NCBI GenBank assembly: GCA_963752475.1
Contig: CAVVYR010000007.1
Span: 256,001 to 320,000, forward strand
Direction of reading: 5' to 3'
Length of the DNA stretch: 64,000 nt
From: an uncultured Chloroflexia bacterium
GTDB lineage: Bacteria > Chloroflexota > Limnocylindria > Limnocylindrales > CSP1-4
Shown piece by piece: positions 9,365-21,922 of this stretch. The position numbers were made by a program, and so were the translations under genes. The notes below the pieces were generated by a model. That model did no database searches, had not been told where the DNA came from, and saw only the letters and a program-made list of their open reading frames with translations. Every line of letters starts with the position of its first letter. Positions within the stretch are counted from its first letter, which is position 1.

Positions 9365-9760
9365 TTACCGGGTGATCGAGTCGACCGTCGCCAGCGGCAC
9401 CACGTCCCGAGCAGCCCTGGCGAGCCGTTCGTCCACGGTGATGAAGGCGTCGGCCTGAAGGGTCGTCAGCGCGATGTACTCGGCGTCGTACGTCGCGGGC
9501 CAGTCGAGTCGGTCGGCGAGCTCCCAGGCCACACGCTGCATGACTGCGTCCCCAAGCAGCCGCATCCGGAGCCCACGGATGTAGGTCAGGCGCTGACGCG
9601 CGGCCTCGGCCTCAAGCTCCCCTCGATGGACGTCTTCGTGAAGCATCGACAGGACATGTGACCGACTCGAGCTCGGCGCGAGCAGCTCGTGCTCGTCGCT
9701 GATGAGCGCGCCGGACTCCGCCAGGTACAACAGGGCAGTGTGGTGAACGACGAAGCGCAT
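9365..9760 (-). CDS. PIN-domain (VapC-like) protein
   Basis: MRFVV..., LLAP...RS, TYDAEYIALT..QADAFITVD. The first PIN Asp position is His. Confidence 0.8.
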   Translation of the reverse strand: MRFVVHHTALLYLAESGALISDEHELLAPSSSRSHVLSMLHEDVHRGELEAEAARQRLTYIRGLRMRLLGDAVMQRVAWELADRLDWPATYDAEYIALTTLQADAFITVDERLARAARDVVPLATVDSITR

Positions 9761-9962
9761 CGCCCCAGTCTATGGTGACCTTGCCTCCGATCCGACAGGC
9801 CACGCCGGTGCTGCGATCGGAGCAGCAGCCGCCCGGATCGATGGTCGCAGGGAGTACGACTCGACCGACAGACTACGCGTGGCGTCCCCGAAGAAGCCCT
9901 CCGGCTCTTGACTCGCTGAGCCGAACGGCGAGCATGAGTCGTTGTCAGGAGGTGACCTCACC

Positions 9963-10187
9963 TTGACTTCGCGTGACGCGCGACCCCCGCGGCTTGATCG
10001 CACGATCCGCGCTCTGCGCCGCTATCTGTGGCTCTTCGATGGCAACGTCCGAACTGACCGCAGCCGAGCGGGTAGGGGTTTCTACGTCGGTGGGCCTCCG
10101 GTGTCGTGGAGGTTCTTCCTGATCGTTGGCCTCGTGGGCGTCCTTCTGGCCCTGGCCCTCAGCATGCTCGGGCTAGCCCCGTCATAG
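9963..10187 (+). CDS. small membrane protein
   Basis: TTG preceded by AGGAGGTGA; C-terminal TM FFLIVGLVGVLLALALSML. Confidence 0.6.
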   Translation: MTSRDARPPRLDRTIRALRRYLWLFDGNVRTDRSRAGRGFYVGGPPVSWRFFLIVGLVGVLLALALSMLGLAPS

Positions 10188-10205
10188 GGGCACGGGGCTC
10201 GGTCG

Positions 10206-10868
10206 CTAGCGTTCCAAGGCGGCGACGCCGACGCCGACGGGGCAAGCCACGCCGGTACCGTGGTCCGGACAGTAGCCGCCCGGAGTCTTGCTCAGGTACT
10301 GCTGGTGGTAGGGCTCGGCGTAGTAGAACTCGCCGGCTTCGACGATCTCGGTGGTGATGTCGCCGTAGCCGGCTTTGCGCAGCTGTGCCTGATACGCGTC
10401 ACGTGAGGCCGCGGCCGTCACTCGATCCTCATCGGAACCGACCATGATCAGCGAGCGGTACTGCGTGCCCTGATCGTTGCCCTGGCGCATGCCCTGGGTC
10501 GGGTCGTGGTGCTCCCAGAAGACCTTGAGCAGTTGCTCGTAGCTCACGCGCCCCGGGTCGTACACCACGAGCACGACCTCCGCGTGGCCGGTCTTGCCGC
10601 TGCAGACTTCCTCGTAGGTGGGGTTCGGGGTGTAGCCGCCGGCGTACCCGACCGCCGTCGAGATGACGCCTTCGGTCTGCCAGAAGTCCTTCTCGGCGCC
10701 CCAGAAGCAGCCGAGTCCGAAGATCGCGGTTCGCGCACCATCGGGCCAGGGCGGTGTCAGCGAGGAGCCGTTGACGTGGTGCGGCTCATCGATGGAGATC
10801 GATTCGGCCCGGCCAGGGAGGGCGTCCTTGGGATCGGGCATGGCGGAGGGTCGTCGGAAGAGGAACAT
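10206..10868 (-). CDS. msrA: peptide-methionine (S)-S-oxide reductase
   Basis: [29 protein letters not shown] and [11 protein letters not shown]. Confidence 0.97.
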   Translation of the reverse strand: MFLFRRPSAMPDPKDALPGRAESISIDEPHHVNGSSLTPPWPDGARTAIFGLGCFWGAEKDFWQTEGVISTAVGYAGGYTPNPTYEEVCSGKTGHAEVVLVVYDPGRVSYEQLLKVFWEHHDPTQGMRQGNDQGTQYRSLIMVGSDEDRVTAAASRDAYQAQLRKAGYGDITTEIVEAGEFYYAEPYHQQYLSKTPGGYCPDHGTGVACPVGVGVAALER

Positions 10869-10959
10869 GCCGCCATGGTAGTGCCGCCTCGTCACGGCGC
10901 CATGACGTCCGGCCGGCGCGCTACCATTCCTGCGAGCCACCAACAGGAAGGAGCCAGGA

Positions 10960-11325
10960 TTGTCCTCTGAGGGCCTGTCTGAAGATCCCAAGGTCTACCG
11001 CGAGCGGCTGAACGAGCAGCCGGACGAGCAGATCGATGCCTGGATGATCGAGTTCATGCGCGACATGTCCATCCGTCGCGGCGTGCTTCCGGTGCTGGCC
11101 GACTTCCGCAAGGCCACCGGCTTCGGTGATGCCGACATCGAGCGCGCGTTCACCGCCGGGGGAGGGGCGCCTGCGACCATCGGCCGCACGAAGGACGGCG
11201 AGTTGATGGTGCCGGCCATCTCACTGCACTTCCTCGTTCCCGGCCTTCGTTCCCGTTCACCGAAGGCCCGCGAGCAGGAGATCGACTTCCTCGTCGAGGG
11301 CTTCCACGACGTCGTCTACATCTAG
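10960..11325 (+). CDS. hypothetical protein
   Basis: TTG with AGGAAGGAG RBS and strong GC3 bias. Confidence 0.75.
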   Translation: MSSEGLSEDPKVYRERLNEQPDEQIDAWMIEFMRDMSIRRGVLPVLADFRKATGFGDADIERAFTAGGGAPATIGRTKDGELMVPAISLHFLVPGLRSRSPKAREQEIDFLVEGFHDVVYI

Positions 11326-11334
11326 ACGCCAGGG

Positions 11335-11736
11335 CTACCCGCTCGGGTCTACCCACATAGCGGGTCACTGGGCCAAGCGGGCGTCCTTCGTTCTCCATCG
11401 CACCCGCGGCGAGGGTGAAACGGCCAGCTGCTGGCGATGTGACCCGTGCCATGGGTAGAACAGCGCACGGCGCCGGCCCTGAGGGCTGCTGCTTGGCCCA
11501 GTGACCCACCCCGCGGGTAGGCCTCGCCCAGTCACCCACGGCGCCGGCCCTGAGGGCTGCTGCTTGGCCCAGTGACCCACCCCGCGGGTAGGCCTCGCCC
11601 AGTCACCCACGGCGCGGGTAGGCCTCGCCCAGTCACCCACGGCGCGGGTAGGCCCCGGCTCGGGTCTACCGACACGGCGCGTGGCTGGGCCCCGGGCCCC
11701 GGCTCGGGTCTACCGACACGGCGCGTGGCTGGGCCC
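11335..11736. repeat. compound tandem/inverted repeat cluster (REP/BIME-like)
   Basis: 71-bp unit twice from 11466; ~30-bp cccagtSacccacNNcgcgggtaggc units; 44-bp unit twice from 11651; an inverted copy near 11362-11378. Confidence 0.85.
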
Positions 11737-11758
11737 TGGACCTGCCCACGCCGCAGAG

Positions 11759-12247
11759 CTAGCTCGGCGGCCCGTCGTCGATGCGGCGGTCGTCGCCGAC
11801 GGAGCGTGCGCTCGCGACCCGGGTCTTGTCCGAGCGCGCCATCTTGGCCTCACGCTGCAGCATCTTGAGGATGCCCTCGACATCGCTGCGCAGCGCCCGG
11901 TCGCGGATCCTGTCGGTCCAGGACGCGCCGCTGACGGCCTCACGCTTGTCGATGTCGACATCGATGTAGCCGAGGTCCGGGTCGTCCTCGTCGACGTCGT
12001 CGAAGACGACGCGCATGACGATGAAGTGGCCGCTCGCGAGCTGCCACGCCGCCACGAACGAGTCGCCCTCAGCGACCTTCCAGCGGATGACGTGGCGCCG
12101 CGCCTCAAGGCGTCCTTCGGCGGGCAGCCCCTTGTAGTCCTCGCGTCGGATCTCGATGCCGCCGTGTCCGGTGAAGTAACGGTATAGCAGGTAGCCGAGG
12201 ACGAGAGCAGCGATCAGGTAGAGCAGCTCGTTGGGGATGTAGGGCAT
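11759..12247 (-). CDS. hypothetical membrane-anchored protein
   Basis: N-terminal TM LLYLIAALVLGYLLY and good codon bias. Confidence 0.75.
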   Translation of the reverse strand: MPYIPNELLYLIAALVLGYLLYRYFTGHGGIEIRREDYKGLPAEGRLEARRHVIRWKVAEGDSFVAAWQLASGHFIVMRVVFDDVDEDDPDLGYIDVDIDKREAVSGASWTDRIRDRALRSDVEGILKMLQREAKMARSDKTRVASARSVGDDRRIDDGPPS

Positions 12248-12277
12248 GGCGAGAGGAGAGCGTAGCGCCTCCGCCGA

Positions 12278-13432
12278 TTACTTCTCGGCCGCAGGAGCCT
12301 CGTGAGTGGCCTCGTGCGCGTCCCACTTCGCGGCCAGCTGACGAGCCAGCGGCTGGCTTGCGCCGTGGGCATCCCCGGCGCGGACGACCGCGATGGCGTT
12401 CTCGAGCTTGATCTTGGCCAGCGTCAGGTGCTTGGCGAAGAGCTGCCGCTCGATCGATGAGGCCTCGGCGAGCGCAGGATCGGTGGTCAGCGCATCCACC
12501 AGGTCGGCCACGGCCTGCTCCAGGTGCCCGGCCGCATCGTCGATGGTGGGATCGTCCACGGCCAGTCCCTCGGGCTCGATGGGGATGGCCACGTACGCCG
12601 CCTGCTGTGGCTCTTCGACCTCGATCGCAGCCTCGACCGCGGCCTCGTTCAGCGTCTCCCACTCGACATCGGCCATGGGCTCGGGCTCGGCGGCCAGCTC
12701 GGCTTGCTGCTCGAGCTCGGCGTCTCGCCTCGCCTGTGCCTCGATACGCCTGCGCAGCTTCACCAGGCTCAGCTCGCCCGAGGCGACCTGCTTGGCCAGG
12801 CGGCGTCGTCGCCGCGGATCTTCCACCTTCATCAGCTCGTAGGCGTGCGAGAGCGTGTCGCGGCGGACCGCCACTAGCTCGCGAACGTCATCAGGAGCGT
12901 CTACCAGGCGCAGTCGGTTCTCAAGGTAGCCCTTGTCCTTGCCCAGCTTGGTCGCCAGCTTGCGCAGGCTGTAGCCGTGTTCCTTGGTCATGCGCTCGAA
13001 CATCTCGGCTTCCTCGAGCGGAGAGATGTCCTCGCGCTGGAGGTTCTCGATGATGCCGATCTCGAGCGCGGCCTCTTCGTCGAGGTCCTCGATGATCACG
13101 GGGATCTCGGTCAGGCCGGCCATCTTCGCCGCCCGCCAGCGACGCTCGCCGGCCACGATCTGGTACCGCCCCTCGTCATAGGGACGGACGAGCACCGGCT
13201 GCAGCACACCGTGCTCACGGATCGACGCGGCGAGGTCGGCCAGCGCCTCCTCGTCGAAGTGCTGGCGCGGCTGATCGGGGTTGGAGTCGATACGGTCGAC
13301 CGGCATGCGGCGCACGTCCCTGACCGTTCCCGGCTCGTCCGGCTTGAGGAGGTCGATGAGGGCGGGGGTGTAGCCGGTGCGCTCGGTCGCGAGACGCGCA
13401 GCGGCCTGTGAACGGAAGTCTGGTCTAGCCAA
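12278..13432 (-). CDS. parB: ParB/Spo0J/Noc family CTPase DNA-binding protein
   Basis: [26 protein letters not shown] and an HTH; overlaps the parA stop. Confidence 0.93.
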   Translation of the reverse strand: MARPDFRSQAAARLATERTGYTPALIDLLKPDEPGTVRDVRRMPVDRIDSNPDQPRQHFDEEALADLAASIREHGVLQPVLVRPYDEGRYQIVAGERRWRAAKMAGLTEIPVIIEDLDEEAALEIGIIENLQREDISPLEEAEMFERMTKEHGYSLRKLATKLGKDKGYLENRLRLVDAPDDVRELVAVRRDTLSHAYELMKVEDPRRRRRLAKQVASGELSLVKLRRRIEAQARRDAELEQQAELAAEPEPMADVEWETLNEAAVEAAIEVEEPQQAAYVAIPIEPEGLAVDDPTIDDAAGHLEQAVADLVDALTTDPALAEASSIERQLFAKHLTLAKIKLENAIAVVRAGDAHGASQPLARQLAAKWDAHEATHEAPAAEK

Positions 13433-14195
13433 GGTCGATCACCTCCTGTGCCAAGCCGCGATAGGCCTCGGCTGCGGCCGAACGGCGGGCGTACGACGTC
13501 ACGGGCTTTCCCGCCAGCGGTGCTTCCCCCAGTCGGACTGTCTGCTTGATGATGGCGTCGAAGACGTGGTAGTCACCGAGCTCGGACAGCTCCGCGAGCA
13601 TGTCCTTGGCCAGGTTGGTGCGGCCGTCGTAGAACGTCGGCAGGATGCCCATGATGCGAAGGCGCGAGTTGAGACCCTTGCCCTGGATCTGCGTCACGAG
13701 GTTGGCCAGCGCGCGGAAGCCCTTGAGGCTGTAGTACTGCGTCTGGACGGGGATGATCACGCTGTCCGCGGCCACCAGCGCGTTGATCGTGAGCAGGCCC
13801 AGCGTCGGCGGGCAGTCGATGATGACGTAGTCGTACTGCTTCTCGGCCCAGCCGTGGAGCACCTCGCGCATGGCGTGCTCGCGCCCGATGCTGCTGAAGA
13901 GCTGGTTCTCGGTGGCCGAAAGGTCGATGTCCGAAGGGGCCACGTCGACGTTCTCGGTCTCGGTGGTCTCGACGATGTCCTCGAGCGAGAGCGAGGCGTC
14001 GAGCAGCACGTTGGCGATCGAGATCTCGATGTCCTGGGCGTTGAGGCCGAGGCCGACGGTGAGGTTGGCCTGGGGGTCGAGGTCGACGCAGAGGACCTTC
14101 AGCCCCTGTTCGGCGAGCGCACCTGCGAGGTTGATGGAGGTCGTGGTCTTGCCCACGCCACCCTTCTGGTTGGCGATCGCGATGATCCGTGCCAA
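13425..14195 (-). CDS. parA: ParA/Soj family ATPase
   Basis: [21 protein letters not shown] and EAP. Confidence 0.95.
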   Translation of the reverse strand: MARIIAIANQKGGVGKTTTSINLAGALAEQGLKVLCVDLDPQANLTVGLGLNAQDIEISIANVLLDASLSLEDIVETTETENVDVAPSDIDLSATENQLFSSIGREHAMREVLHGWAEKQYDYVIIDCPPTLGLLTINALVAADSVIIPVQTQYYSLKGFRALANLVTQIQGKGLNSRLRIMGILPTFYDGRTNLAKDMLAELSELGDYHVFDAIIKQTVRLGEAPLAGKPVTSYARRSAAAEAYRGLAQEVIDLG

Positions 14196-14256
14196 GTTCG
14201 CTCTCCCAGTGATGCCGTGCGACGACTACGCGGCATTCCGCGCGAAGTCTACAGTA

Positions 14257-14276
14257 GTGGTGCGTCGACGCACCAC
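14257..14276. promoter_or_regulatory. perfect 20-bp palindrome abutting the putative parA -10
   Basis: GTGGTGCGTCGACGCACCAC, next to minus-strand TACTGT at 14256-14251. The core recurs at 52031-52046. Confidence 0.7.
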
Positions 14277-14445
14277 CCTGTCCGTACGGCGCGGCCACGC
14301 GTGGAGACAGCGCTTCGAGCCGCGCGGGGTCGGTGGTCGGTGCCGCCAGCTCGCGGGCCGCTTGCCACTGAACGGGCGAAGGCGACGAGTTCGTCAGTGG
14401 CTGGCCGGCAACGCCCGCTGGACTGACTCGGACGGTCGGCAAGCA

Positions 14446-14501
14446 ACGGCAACTCGGCTCGGCCCAGTCGAATACGGCAACTTGGCTCGGCCCAGTCGAA
14501 T
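14446..14501. repeat. 28-bp tandem repeat, two copies
   Basis: acggcaactYggctcggcccagtcgaat at 14446 and 14474. Confidence 0.85.
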
Positions 14502-14606
14502 GGCGCCGCGATCGGCGTGCGCGGCAAGACCCGCCAGCGGTACCGACACGGGCGGCGCTACGATGCATCGGCCATGGGGAGGCGATAGAGCGGAGGAGAG
14601 CCAAGG

Positions 14607-16160
14607 GTGAGCGACAACCGGGCGCAGATCGACCATCTCCACGAGCTGCGTGCCGAGTCGCGCCTCGGCGGCGGGCAGGTCCGCATCGACAAGCAGCACG
14701 AGAAGGGCAAGCTCACCGCGCGCGAGCGCCTGGAGCTGCTGCTGGACCCCGAGTCGTTCGTCGAGTTCGACGCCTTCGTCACGCACCGCTCGCGCGACTT
14801 CGGCCTCGAGAAGCAGAAGTACCTCGGCGACGGCGTGGTCACCGGCCACGGCAAGATCGACGGCCGGCTCGTGTTCGTCTTCAGCCAGGACTTCACCGTC
14901 TTCGGCGGCTCGCTCAGCGAGACCCACGCCGAGAAGATCTGCAAGGTCATGGATCTCGCGTCGAAGGTCGGCGCCCCGCTCATCGGGCTCAACGACTCAG
15001 GCGGCGCTCGCATCCAGGAGGGCGTGGAGTCGCTCGGCGGCTATGCCGACATCTTCCTGCGCAACGTCATGTCGTCGGGCGTCATCCCGCAGATCTCGCT
15101 GATCATGGGTCCGTGCGCCGGCGGTGCCGTCTACTCGCCGGCCATGACCGACTTCACGATGATGGTCGAGGGCACGAGCTACATGTTCGTGACCGGCCCC
15201 GGCGTGGTGAAGACGGTCACGCACGAGGATGTCGACTTCGAGCACCTCGGCGGTGCCTCGGTCCACACGTCCATCAGCGGAGTGGCCCACTACGCGGCGC
15301 CTGACGAAGGGGCACTCCTCGCGAGTGCGCGGCGTCTGCTCGGCCACCTGCCGCAGAACAACACCCAGGAAGCGCCGCGCGTGGCCACCGCCGACCCACG
15401 AGACCGCCGCGAGCCTGAGCTCGACGAGATCATCCCCGAGTCCTCGTCCCAGCCGTATGACATGCACGAGGTCATCGGTCGCATCGTCGACCACGGCGAG
15501 TTCCTCGAGTTGCAGCCGGCGTGGGCGGGCAACATCATCATCGGCTTCGCCCGACTCGATGGGCGTTCGGTCGGCGTGGTCGCGCAGCAGCCGTCGGTGC
15601 TGGCCGGCGCGCTCGACATCGACGCGTCGGACAAGGCCGCCCGTTTCGTCCGCACCTGCGACGCCTTCAATGTGCCGCTGCTGACCATCGAGGACGTGCC
15701 GGGCTTCCTCCCGGGCGTGTCCCAGGAGCACGGCGGCATCATCCGCCACGGGGCCAAGCTGCTCTACGCCTACTGCGAGGCCACGGTCCCGAAGGTCACG
15801 GTCATCACGCGCAAGGCCTACGGCGGCGCCTACGACGTGATGAGCAGCAAGCACGTCCGCGGCGATGTGAACCTGGCCTGGCCGACCGCACGCATCGCGG
15901 TCATGGGCGCGGAGGGCGCGGTCGGCATCCTCTACCGCGATGAGCTGGCCGAGGCCGAGGACAAGGATGCCGAGCGCGCCCGCCTCACGGCCGAGTACGA
16001 GGAGGCGTTCGCCAACCCCTACGTCGCCGCCGGCCGCGGCTACCTCGACGACGTCATCGTCCCGTCGGAAACGCGACCGCGCGTCATCGATGCCTTCGAG
16101 ATGCTCGAGGGCAAGCGCGACGACCAGCCGCGTCGCAAGCACGGCAACATCCCCCTGTGA
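14607..16160 (+). CDS. pccB: propionyl/acyl-CoA carboxylase carboxyltransferase (beta) subunit
   Basis: [36 protein letters not shown] and KHGNIPL. Confidence 0.93.
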   Translation: MSDNRAQIDHLHELRAESRLGGGQVRIDKQHEKGKLTARERLELLLDPESFVEFDAFVTHRSRDFGLEKQKYLGDGVVTGHGKIDGRLVFVFSQDFTVFGGSLSETHAEKICKVMDLASKVGAPLIGLNDSGGARIQEGVESLGGYADIFLRNVMSSGVIPQISLIMGPCAGGAVYSPAMTDFTMMVEGTSYMFVTGPGVVKTVTHEDVDFEHLGGASVHTSISGVAHYAAPDEGALLASARRLLGHLPQNNTQEAPRVATADPRDRREPELDEIIPESSSQPYDMHEVIGRIVDHGEFLELQPAWAGNIIIGFARLDGRSVGVVAQQPSVLAGALDIDASDKAARFVRTCDAFNVPLLTIEDVPGFLPGVSQEHGGIIRHGAKLLYAYCEATVPKVTVITRKAYGGAYDVMSSKHVRGDVNLAWPTARIAVMGAEGAVGILYRDELAEAEDKDAERARLTAEYEEAFANPYVAAGRGYLDDVIVPSETRPRVIDAFEMLEGKRDDQPRRKHGNIPL

Positions 16161-16191
16161 TCGAGTCTTTGCGCAAAGACGGGGCGGGGCA

Positions 16192-17721
16192 GTGACGCCG
16201 CCCTTCCGCCGGCTGCTCGTGGCCAATCGTGGCGAGATCGCCGTGCGCATCTTCCGCACCTGCCGGGAGCTGGGCATCGAGACGGTCGCGGTCTACTCCG
16301 ATGCCGACGCGGGAGCCCTGCATGTCCGCCTGGCCGACCGAGCAGTGCGCCTGGGTCCCGCACCGGCGCCCGAGTCCTACCTGCGGGCCGATGCCATCAT
16401 CGAGGCCGCTGTCGCGACCGGTGCCGAGGCCGTCCACCCCGGCTACGGGTTCCTCTCAGAGCAGTCGACGTTCGGGGCGGCGGTGGAGGCGGCAGGCCTC
16501 GCGTTCGTGGGGCCGACGCCCGACACGTTGGCCTCGCTCGGTGACAAGCTCGAGGCGCGTGCGACGGCCATCGCCGCCGGTGTGCCGATCGTGCCGGGCA
16601 TGTTCGACCCGTTGCCCACCGGCGATGAGGCCGCCGTGACGCTCATCGAGGAGTCGGCCGCGGACATCGGCTATCCGCTGCTCATCAAGGCCGCTGCTGG
16701 TGGTGGCGGACGTGGCATGCGTCGCGTCGACGAGGCCGGGGAGCTATCGGCAGCCGTGTTCGCCGCAGCCCGCGAGTCGGAGCAGGCCTTCGGCGATGGC
16801 TCGGTGTATCTGGAACGGCTGGTCGAGGGCGGACGCCACATCGAGGTCCAACTGCTGGGCGATGCCGCGGGGGCCGTCGTGGCCCTGGGCGAGCGCGATT
16901 GCTCCACCCAGCGGCGCCACCAGAAGCTCGTGGAGGAAGCGCCGGCACCCGGTCTGAGCCAGGCCCAGCGTGAGGAGCTCCACCGGCTGGCGGTAAGGGT
17001 GGCCAGGCAGGTCGGGCTGCGTAACGCCGCCACGGCCGAGTTCCTCTACGCTGCCGATGGTTCGTTCTACTTCCTCGAGGTCAACGCGCGGCTGCAGGTC
17101 GAGCACGGCGTCACCGAGCTCGTCAGCGGCCTCGACCTCGTCCGCGAGCAGCTCTTCATCGCCGCCGGTCGGCCACTGTCGCCAGAGGTGCTCGCCGCCG
17201 CCGAGCGTGCCGCTACCCCCGATCGCCACGCCATCGAGCTACGCATCAGCGCCGAGGATCCCGCGCGCGAGTTCATGCCCGTGCCGGGTCTCGTCACCCG
17301 CTGGCGTGAGCCGGCCGGACCCGGTGTGCGCATGGACTCCGGCCTGGAGCAGGGCTGGCTGGTACCCGGCGACTACGACCCCATGCTCTCGAAGGTGCTG
17401 GCCGTGGCACCCGATCGCGAGCGCTGCCTCGCCCGTGCCCGCCGGGCGGTCGATGAGTTCGAGACCGGTGGCGTGCAGACGACGCTGCCGTTCCATGCCT
17501 GGCTGCTGGCCCATCCCGAGTTCACCGAGGCGCGTCTGCGGACCGACATGATCGCGCGCGACTGGGATCCGGGGCCATTGCGAGCTGCCGCGGCCGAGCG
17601 TGCCGCTGACGCCGTCACCCGCCACGTCAGCCGTGTCGAGGCGGGCTCGGACGGCGGCTCCGAGGCACCCGGTCCCTGCGCCGATCCAGCGCATGGCTGG
17701 AAGCCGGAGCCCTGGGCATGA
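16192..17721 (+). CDS. accC: biotin carboxylase subunit
   Basis: LVANRGEIA, HPGYGFLSE, GGGGRGMR, QRRHQK and EVNARLQVEH; GTG start at 16192. Confidence 0.9.
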   Translation: MTPPFRRLLVANRGEIAVRIFRTCRELGIETVAVYSDADAGALHVRLADRAVRLGPAPAPESYLRADAIIEAAVATGAEAVHPGYGFLSEQSTFGAAVEAAGLAFVGPTPDTLASLGDKLEARATAIAAGVPIVPGMFDPLPTGDEAAVTLIEESAADIGYPLLIKAAAGGGGRGMRRVDEAGELSAAVFAAARESEQAFGDGSVYLERLVEGGRHIEVQLLGDAAGAVVALGERDCSTQRRHQKLVEEAPAPGLSQAQREELHRLAVRVARQVGLRNAATAEFLYAADGSFYFLEVNARLQVEHGVTELVSGLDLVREQLFIAAGRPLSPEVLAAAERAATPDRHAIELRISAEDPAREFMPVPGLVTRWREPAGPGVRMDSGLEQGWLVPGDYDPMLSKVLAVAPDRERCLARARRAVDEFETGGVQTTLPFHAWLLAHPEFTEARLRTDMIARDWDPGPLRAAAAERAADAVTRHVSRVEAGSDGGSEAPGPCADPAHGWKPEPWA

Positions 17722-18200
17722 TCGATCATCGCGGCCACCTGCAACTGCACATCGATGGCGTCACCGACGAGGCCTATCACCGGGACCCGGCGGAGGTCGG
17801 GCCGCCCCAGGGCCGCCAGCCGGAGGTGCGGGTGCTGCCGCAGACGGCCGATGACCGCGCTGCCGGCATCCATCGCTACGAGACCACCGTCGATGGCTGG
17901 GTCTTCGAGGTCGGTGTCGAGGACGAGCCGCGCGCACTGTTGCGCCAGAAGGCGGGGCAGGGCGCCGGCGCCGGCGGCCGCAAGGGCAGCGATACCATCC
18001 GCGCCCAGATCCCCGGGCGTGTCGTCCGGCTGTGGGTGGCCGAAGGCGACGTGGTCGAGGCCGGTCAGCGGCTGCTGGCCATCGAGGCCATGAAGATGGA
18101 GAACGAGGTCCACGCTCCGCACGCCGGCACGGTCGAGTCGATCGCCGTCGAGGCTGGCAGCAGCGTCGAGCTCCGAGATGAGCTCCTGCGGCTGGCCTAG
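17718..18200 (+). CDS. accB: biotin carboxyl carrier protein
   Basis: EAMKMEN biotinylation motif. Confidence 0.9.
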   Translation: MIDHRGHLQLHIDGVTDEAYHRDPAEVGPPQGRQPEVRVLPQTADDRAAGIHRYETTVDGWVFEVGVEDEPRALLRQKAGQGAGAGGRKGSDTIRAQIPGRVVRLWVAEGDVVEAGQRLLAIEAMKMENEVHAPHAGTVESIAVEAGSSVELRDELLRLA

Positions 18201-18265
18201 CTTGAGGTGTACCCGGCCACGAGAGGTCGTCCCTAGGTCGAGTTGGCCGCACCCTCCGCGTCGGA

Positions 18266-20056
18266 TCAGCGGGAAAGACCCGGATCCCTCTCGAGCAGGA
18301 TCTGGTCGAACAGCGCGAGCTGGAAGGCGGCCTTCTCGCGCTGGGCTTGGGGCAGACGCTCGTCGAGGGCCTGGTACGCGAAGAGCAGCCTCACCAGGTC
18401 CGTGGCCGTCGCCGGCTTGAAGGTGAGCTGCTCGTAGCCGGGGACCGGCAACTCGAGCGAAGGCTGGGTCGTGCCATCTGCGGCGGTGGGCTGGTCCGCT
18501 GAGGGATCGCCGCTGCCGGTCTTGCGGAACCACAGCAGGGGCGCGTCGGGGCCGCTGGCCGTGGCGCTGCCGAGCAGTCGGCCATCCTGGTCGAAGAACC
18601 GGTACTTCCCGTCGACCTCCTTCACCTGGTACCAGGTCGTCGGCGACAGCTCGCGTGTCTCGCCATCGTGTCGCACCGAGAACCCATCCCCCGCCTGGAC
18701 CCAGCGACGTCCCTGCTTGAGCTTCGTGTCGGGCGGTCCGTCGGAGGAGCCATCCGCAGCGGCGGGCACGTCCGCTGAGGGATCGCCGCTGCCGGTCTTG
18801 CGGAACCACAGCAGGGGCGCGTCGGGGCCGCTGGCCGTGGCGCTGCCGAGCAGTCGGCCATCCTGGTCGAAGAACCGGTACTTCCCGTCGACCTCCTTCA
18901 CCTGGTACCAGGTCGTCGGCGACAGCTCGCGTGTCTCGCCATCGTGTCGCACCGAGAACCCATCCCCCGCCTGGACCCAGCGACGTCCCTGCTTGAGCTT
19001 CGTGTCGGGCGGTCCGTCGGAGGTGATCTCCCACGGCTGGGGATCGTCGGACATGGCCGCGTCGGCCTCGAGGCCTTCAGGATCGAGCGCGTCAGCTTCT
19101 TCCGCTTCTTTCCGCCCGGCGTTCATACGATCCACGACCTCGCGGAGGCCCCCTGTCAAGAGCCACTCGAGCACCTTGTCGGGATCGACCAGGAGGGCGG
19201 CCAACACGACGATGAGCTCATCCGACGTCTCTCCTGAGGGTCGCGCGACCGAGACATCGTCCGGAGGGTCGTCAGTGACCTCGGCAGCATCGTCGTGCTC
19301 GGCAGCTTCGTCGGGCTCGGAGCTGCCACTGTCCGCTTCGGCGGCGTCGTGGGCCGAGGCATCAGCGGACGTGTCCTCGTAGGACGCGGGCGGCGCGACC
19401 ACGAAGCTGGAGACTCCCGTCGCCGGGTCCCAGTCGAATGTGCCGAGGACGCGCTGGTACTCGGGCGGCGCCATGTTGCCGGTGTAGACCGTGCCCTTGG
19501 GGGGCATGGGCACGCGATCCCTGATCGTCTCCACGGTCTCGCACGGGCCGCCAGCCTCGCACTGGGTGATGGTGACGGTGATGTCGAAGCCGCTGTGTCC
19601 GTAGACGGCGGCGAGACGACCCGCGTCGAGTTCCCCCGCTGCGTCTGAGTACATGCATGGTTCGCTGACCTCAGCCATCAGCGCGTACGTTCCGGGCCGT
19701 CGCTCGATAGGATAGCCGGACGGCAACTCAGCCTCAGTGAAGATGAGTGGCGGGTCCTCCCAGCAGACGTAGCGAGAACCGGGAACACAGCCGTTGGTGC
19801 GGTTGGTGGTCCCGTCGCCTGGCTCCGGTCCCCCTGGATGTGGGGCTCGCAGTGTCATGCGGATGGCGTCCTGCTCTTCCCACTCGAAGTCGATGAGAAC
19901 AGCCGGCAACTCGTAGGGCGGATCCGGCGGCACCTCAGGCTGTCCCGAACGACAGTCCCACTCCTCCATCGCAGCCAACGAGCCTCCGGCGGTCGACAGA
20001 AGCAGCGATAGGCCCAACGTGACCGTCGCCAAGGCTCGGCTCGCGTGTCCCCCCAT
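18266..20056 (-). CDS. secreted hypothetical protein with internal 92-aa tandem duplication
   Basis: Signal peptide, Cys-containing N-terminal domain, acidic linker and two identical beta-rich modules. Confidence 0.75.
   Translation of the reverse strand: MGGHASRALATVTLGLSLLLSTAGGSLAAMEEWDCRSGQPEVPPDPPYELPAVLIDFEWEEQDAIRMTLRAPHPGGPEPGDGTTNRTNGCVPGSRYVCWEDPPLIFTEAELPSGYPIERRPGTYALMAEVSEPCMYSDAAGELDAGRLAAVYGHSGFDITVTITQCEAGGPCETVETIRDRVPMPPKGTVYTGNMAPPEYQRVLGTFDWDPATGVSSFVVAPPASYEDTSADASAHDAAEADSGSSEPDEAAEHDDAAEVTDDPPDDVSVARPSGETSDELIVVLAALLVDPDKVLEWLLTGGLREVVDRMNAGRKEAEEADALDPEGLEADAAMSDDPQPWEITSDGPPDTKLKQGRRWVQAGDGFSVRHDGETRELSPTTWYQVKEVDGKYRFFDQDGRLLGSATASGPDAPLLWFRKTGSGDPSADVPAAADGSSDGPPDTKLKQGRRWVQAGDGFSVRHDGETRELSPTTWYQVKEVDGKYRFFDQDGRLLGSATASGPDAPLLWFRKTGSGDPSADQPTAADGTTQPSLELPVPGYEQLTFKPATATDLVRLLFAYQALDERLPQAQREKAAFQLALFDQILLERDPGLSR
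18494..19023. repeat. direct repeat of 254 bp, period 276 bp
   Basis: 18494-18747 and 18770-19023 appear identical. Confidence 0.9.
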
Positions 20057-20238
20057 GGACCAATGCTAGGACGCGGGGCAACCCCCGAGCCGGTCGGCGT
20101 CACCGAGGGCAGATCGTGGAGGTCTCGCCTAGTCGTCGGCGCCGGGCGCGGTGTAGCCAGAGCCCGACACGTTCCTTGCGGGAGATCGATGCGATCACGT
20201 GCCAACGACGCCACGGCAGAGGGTGCTACCGTCGAGCC

Positions 20239-21891
<1,653 letters not shown>

Positions 21892-21922
21892 TCAACCACG
21901 GCCGCGAGCCGCAGGAGGGAAC

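Noticed and set aside
11466-11736. CRISPR array
   Set aside because: The units are contiguous or duplicated without unique spacers, and no cas genes are present.
14293-14308. parS-like palindrome CCACGCGTGG
   Set aside because: Only 10 bp long and does not match the GTTTCACGTGAAAC consensus.
20060-20238. Cobalamin riboswitch upstream of the mutase
   Set aside because: No AGGGAA or GCCACTG B12-box core, and the gene appears leaderless.
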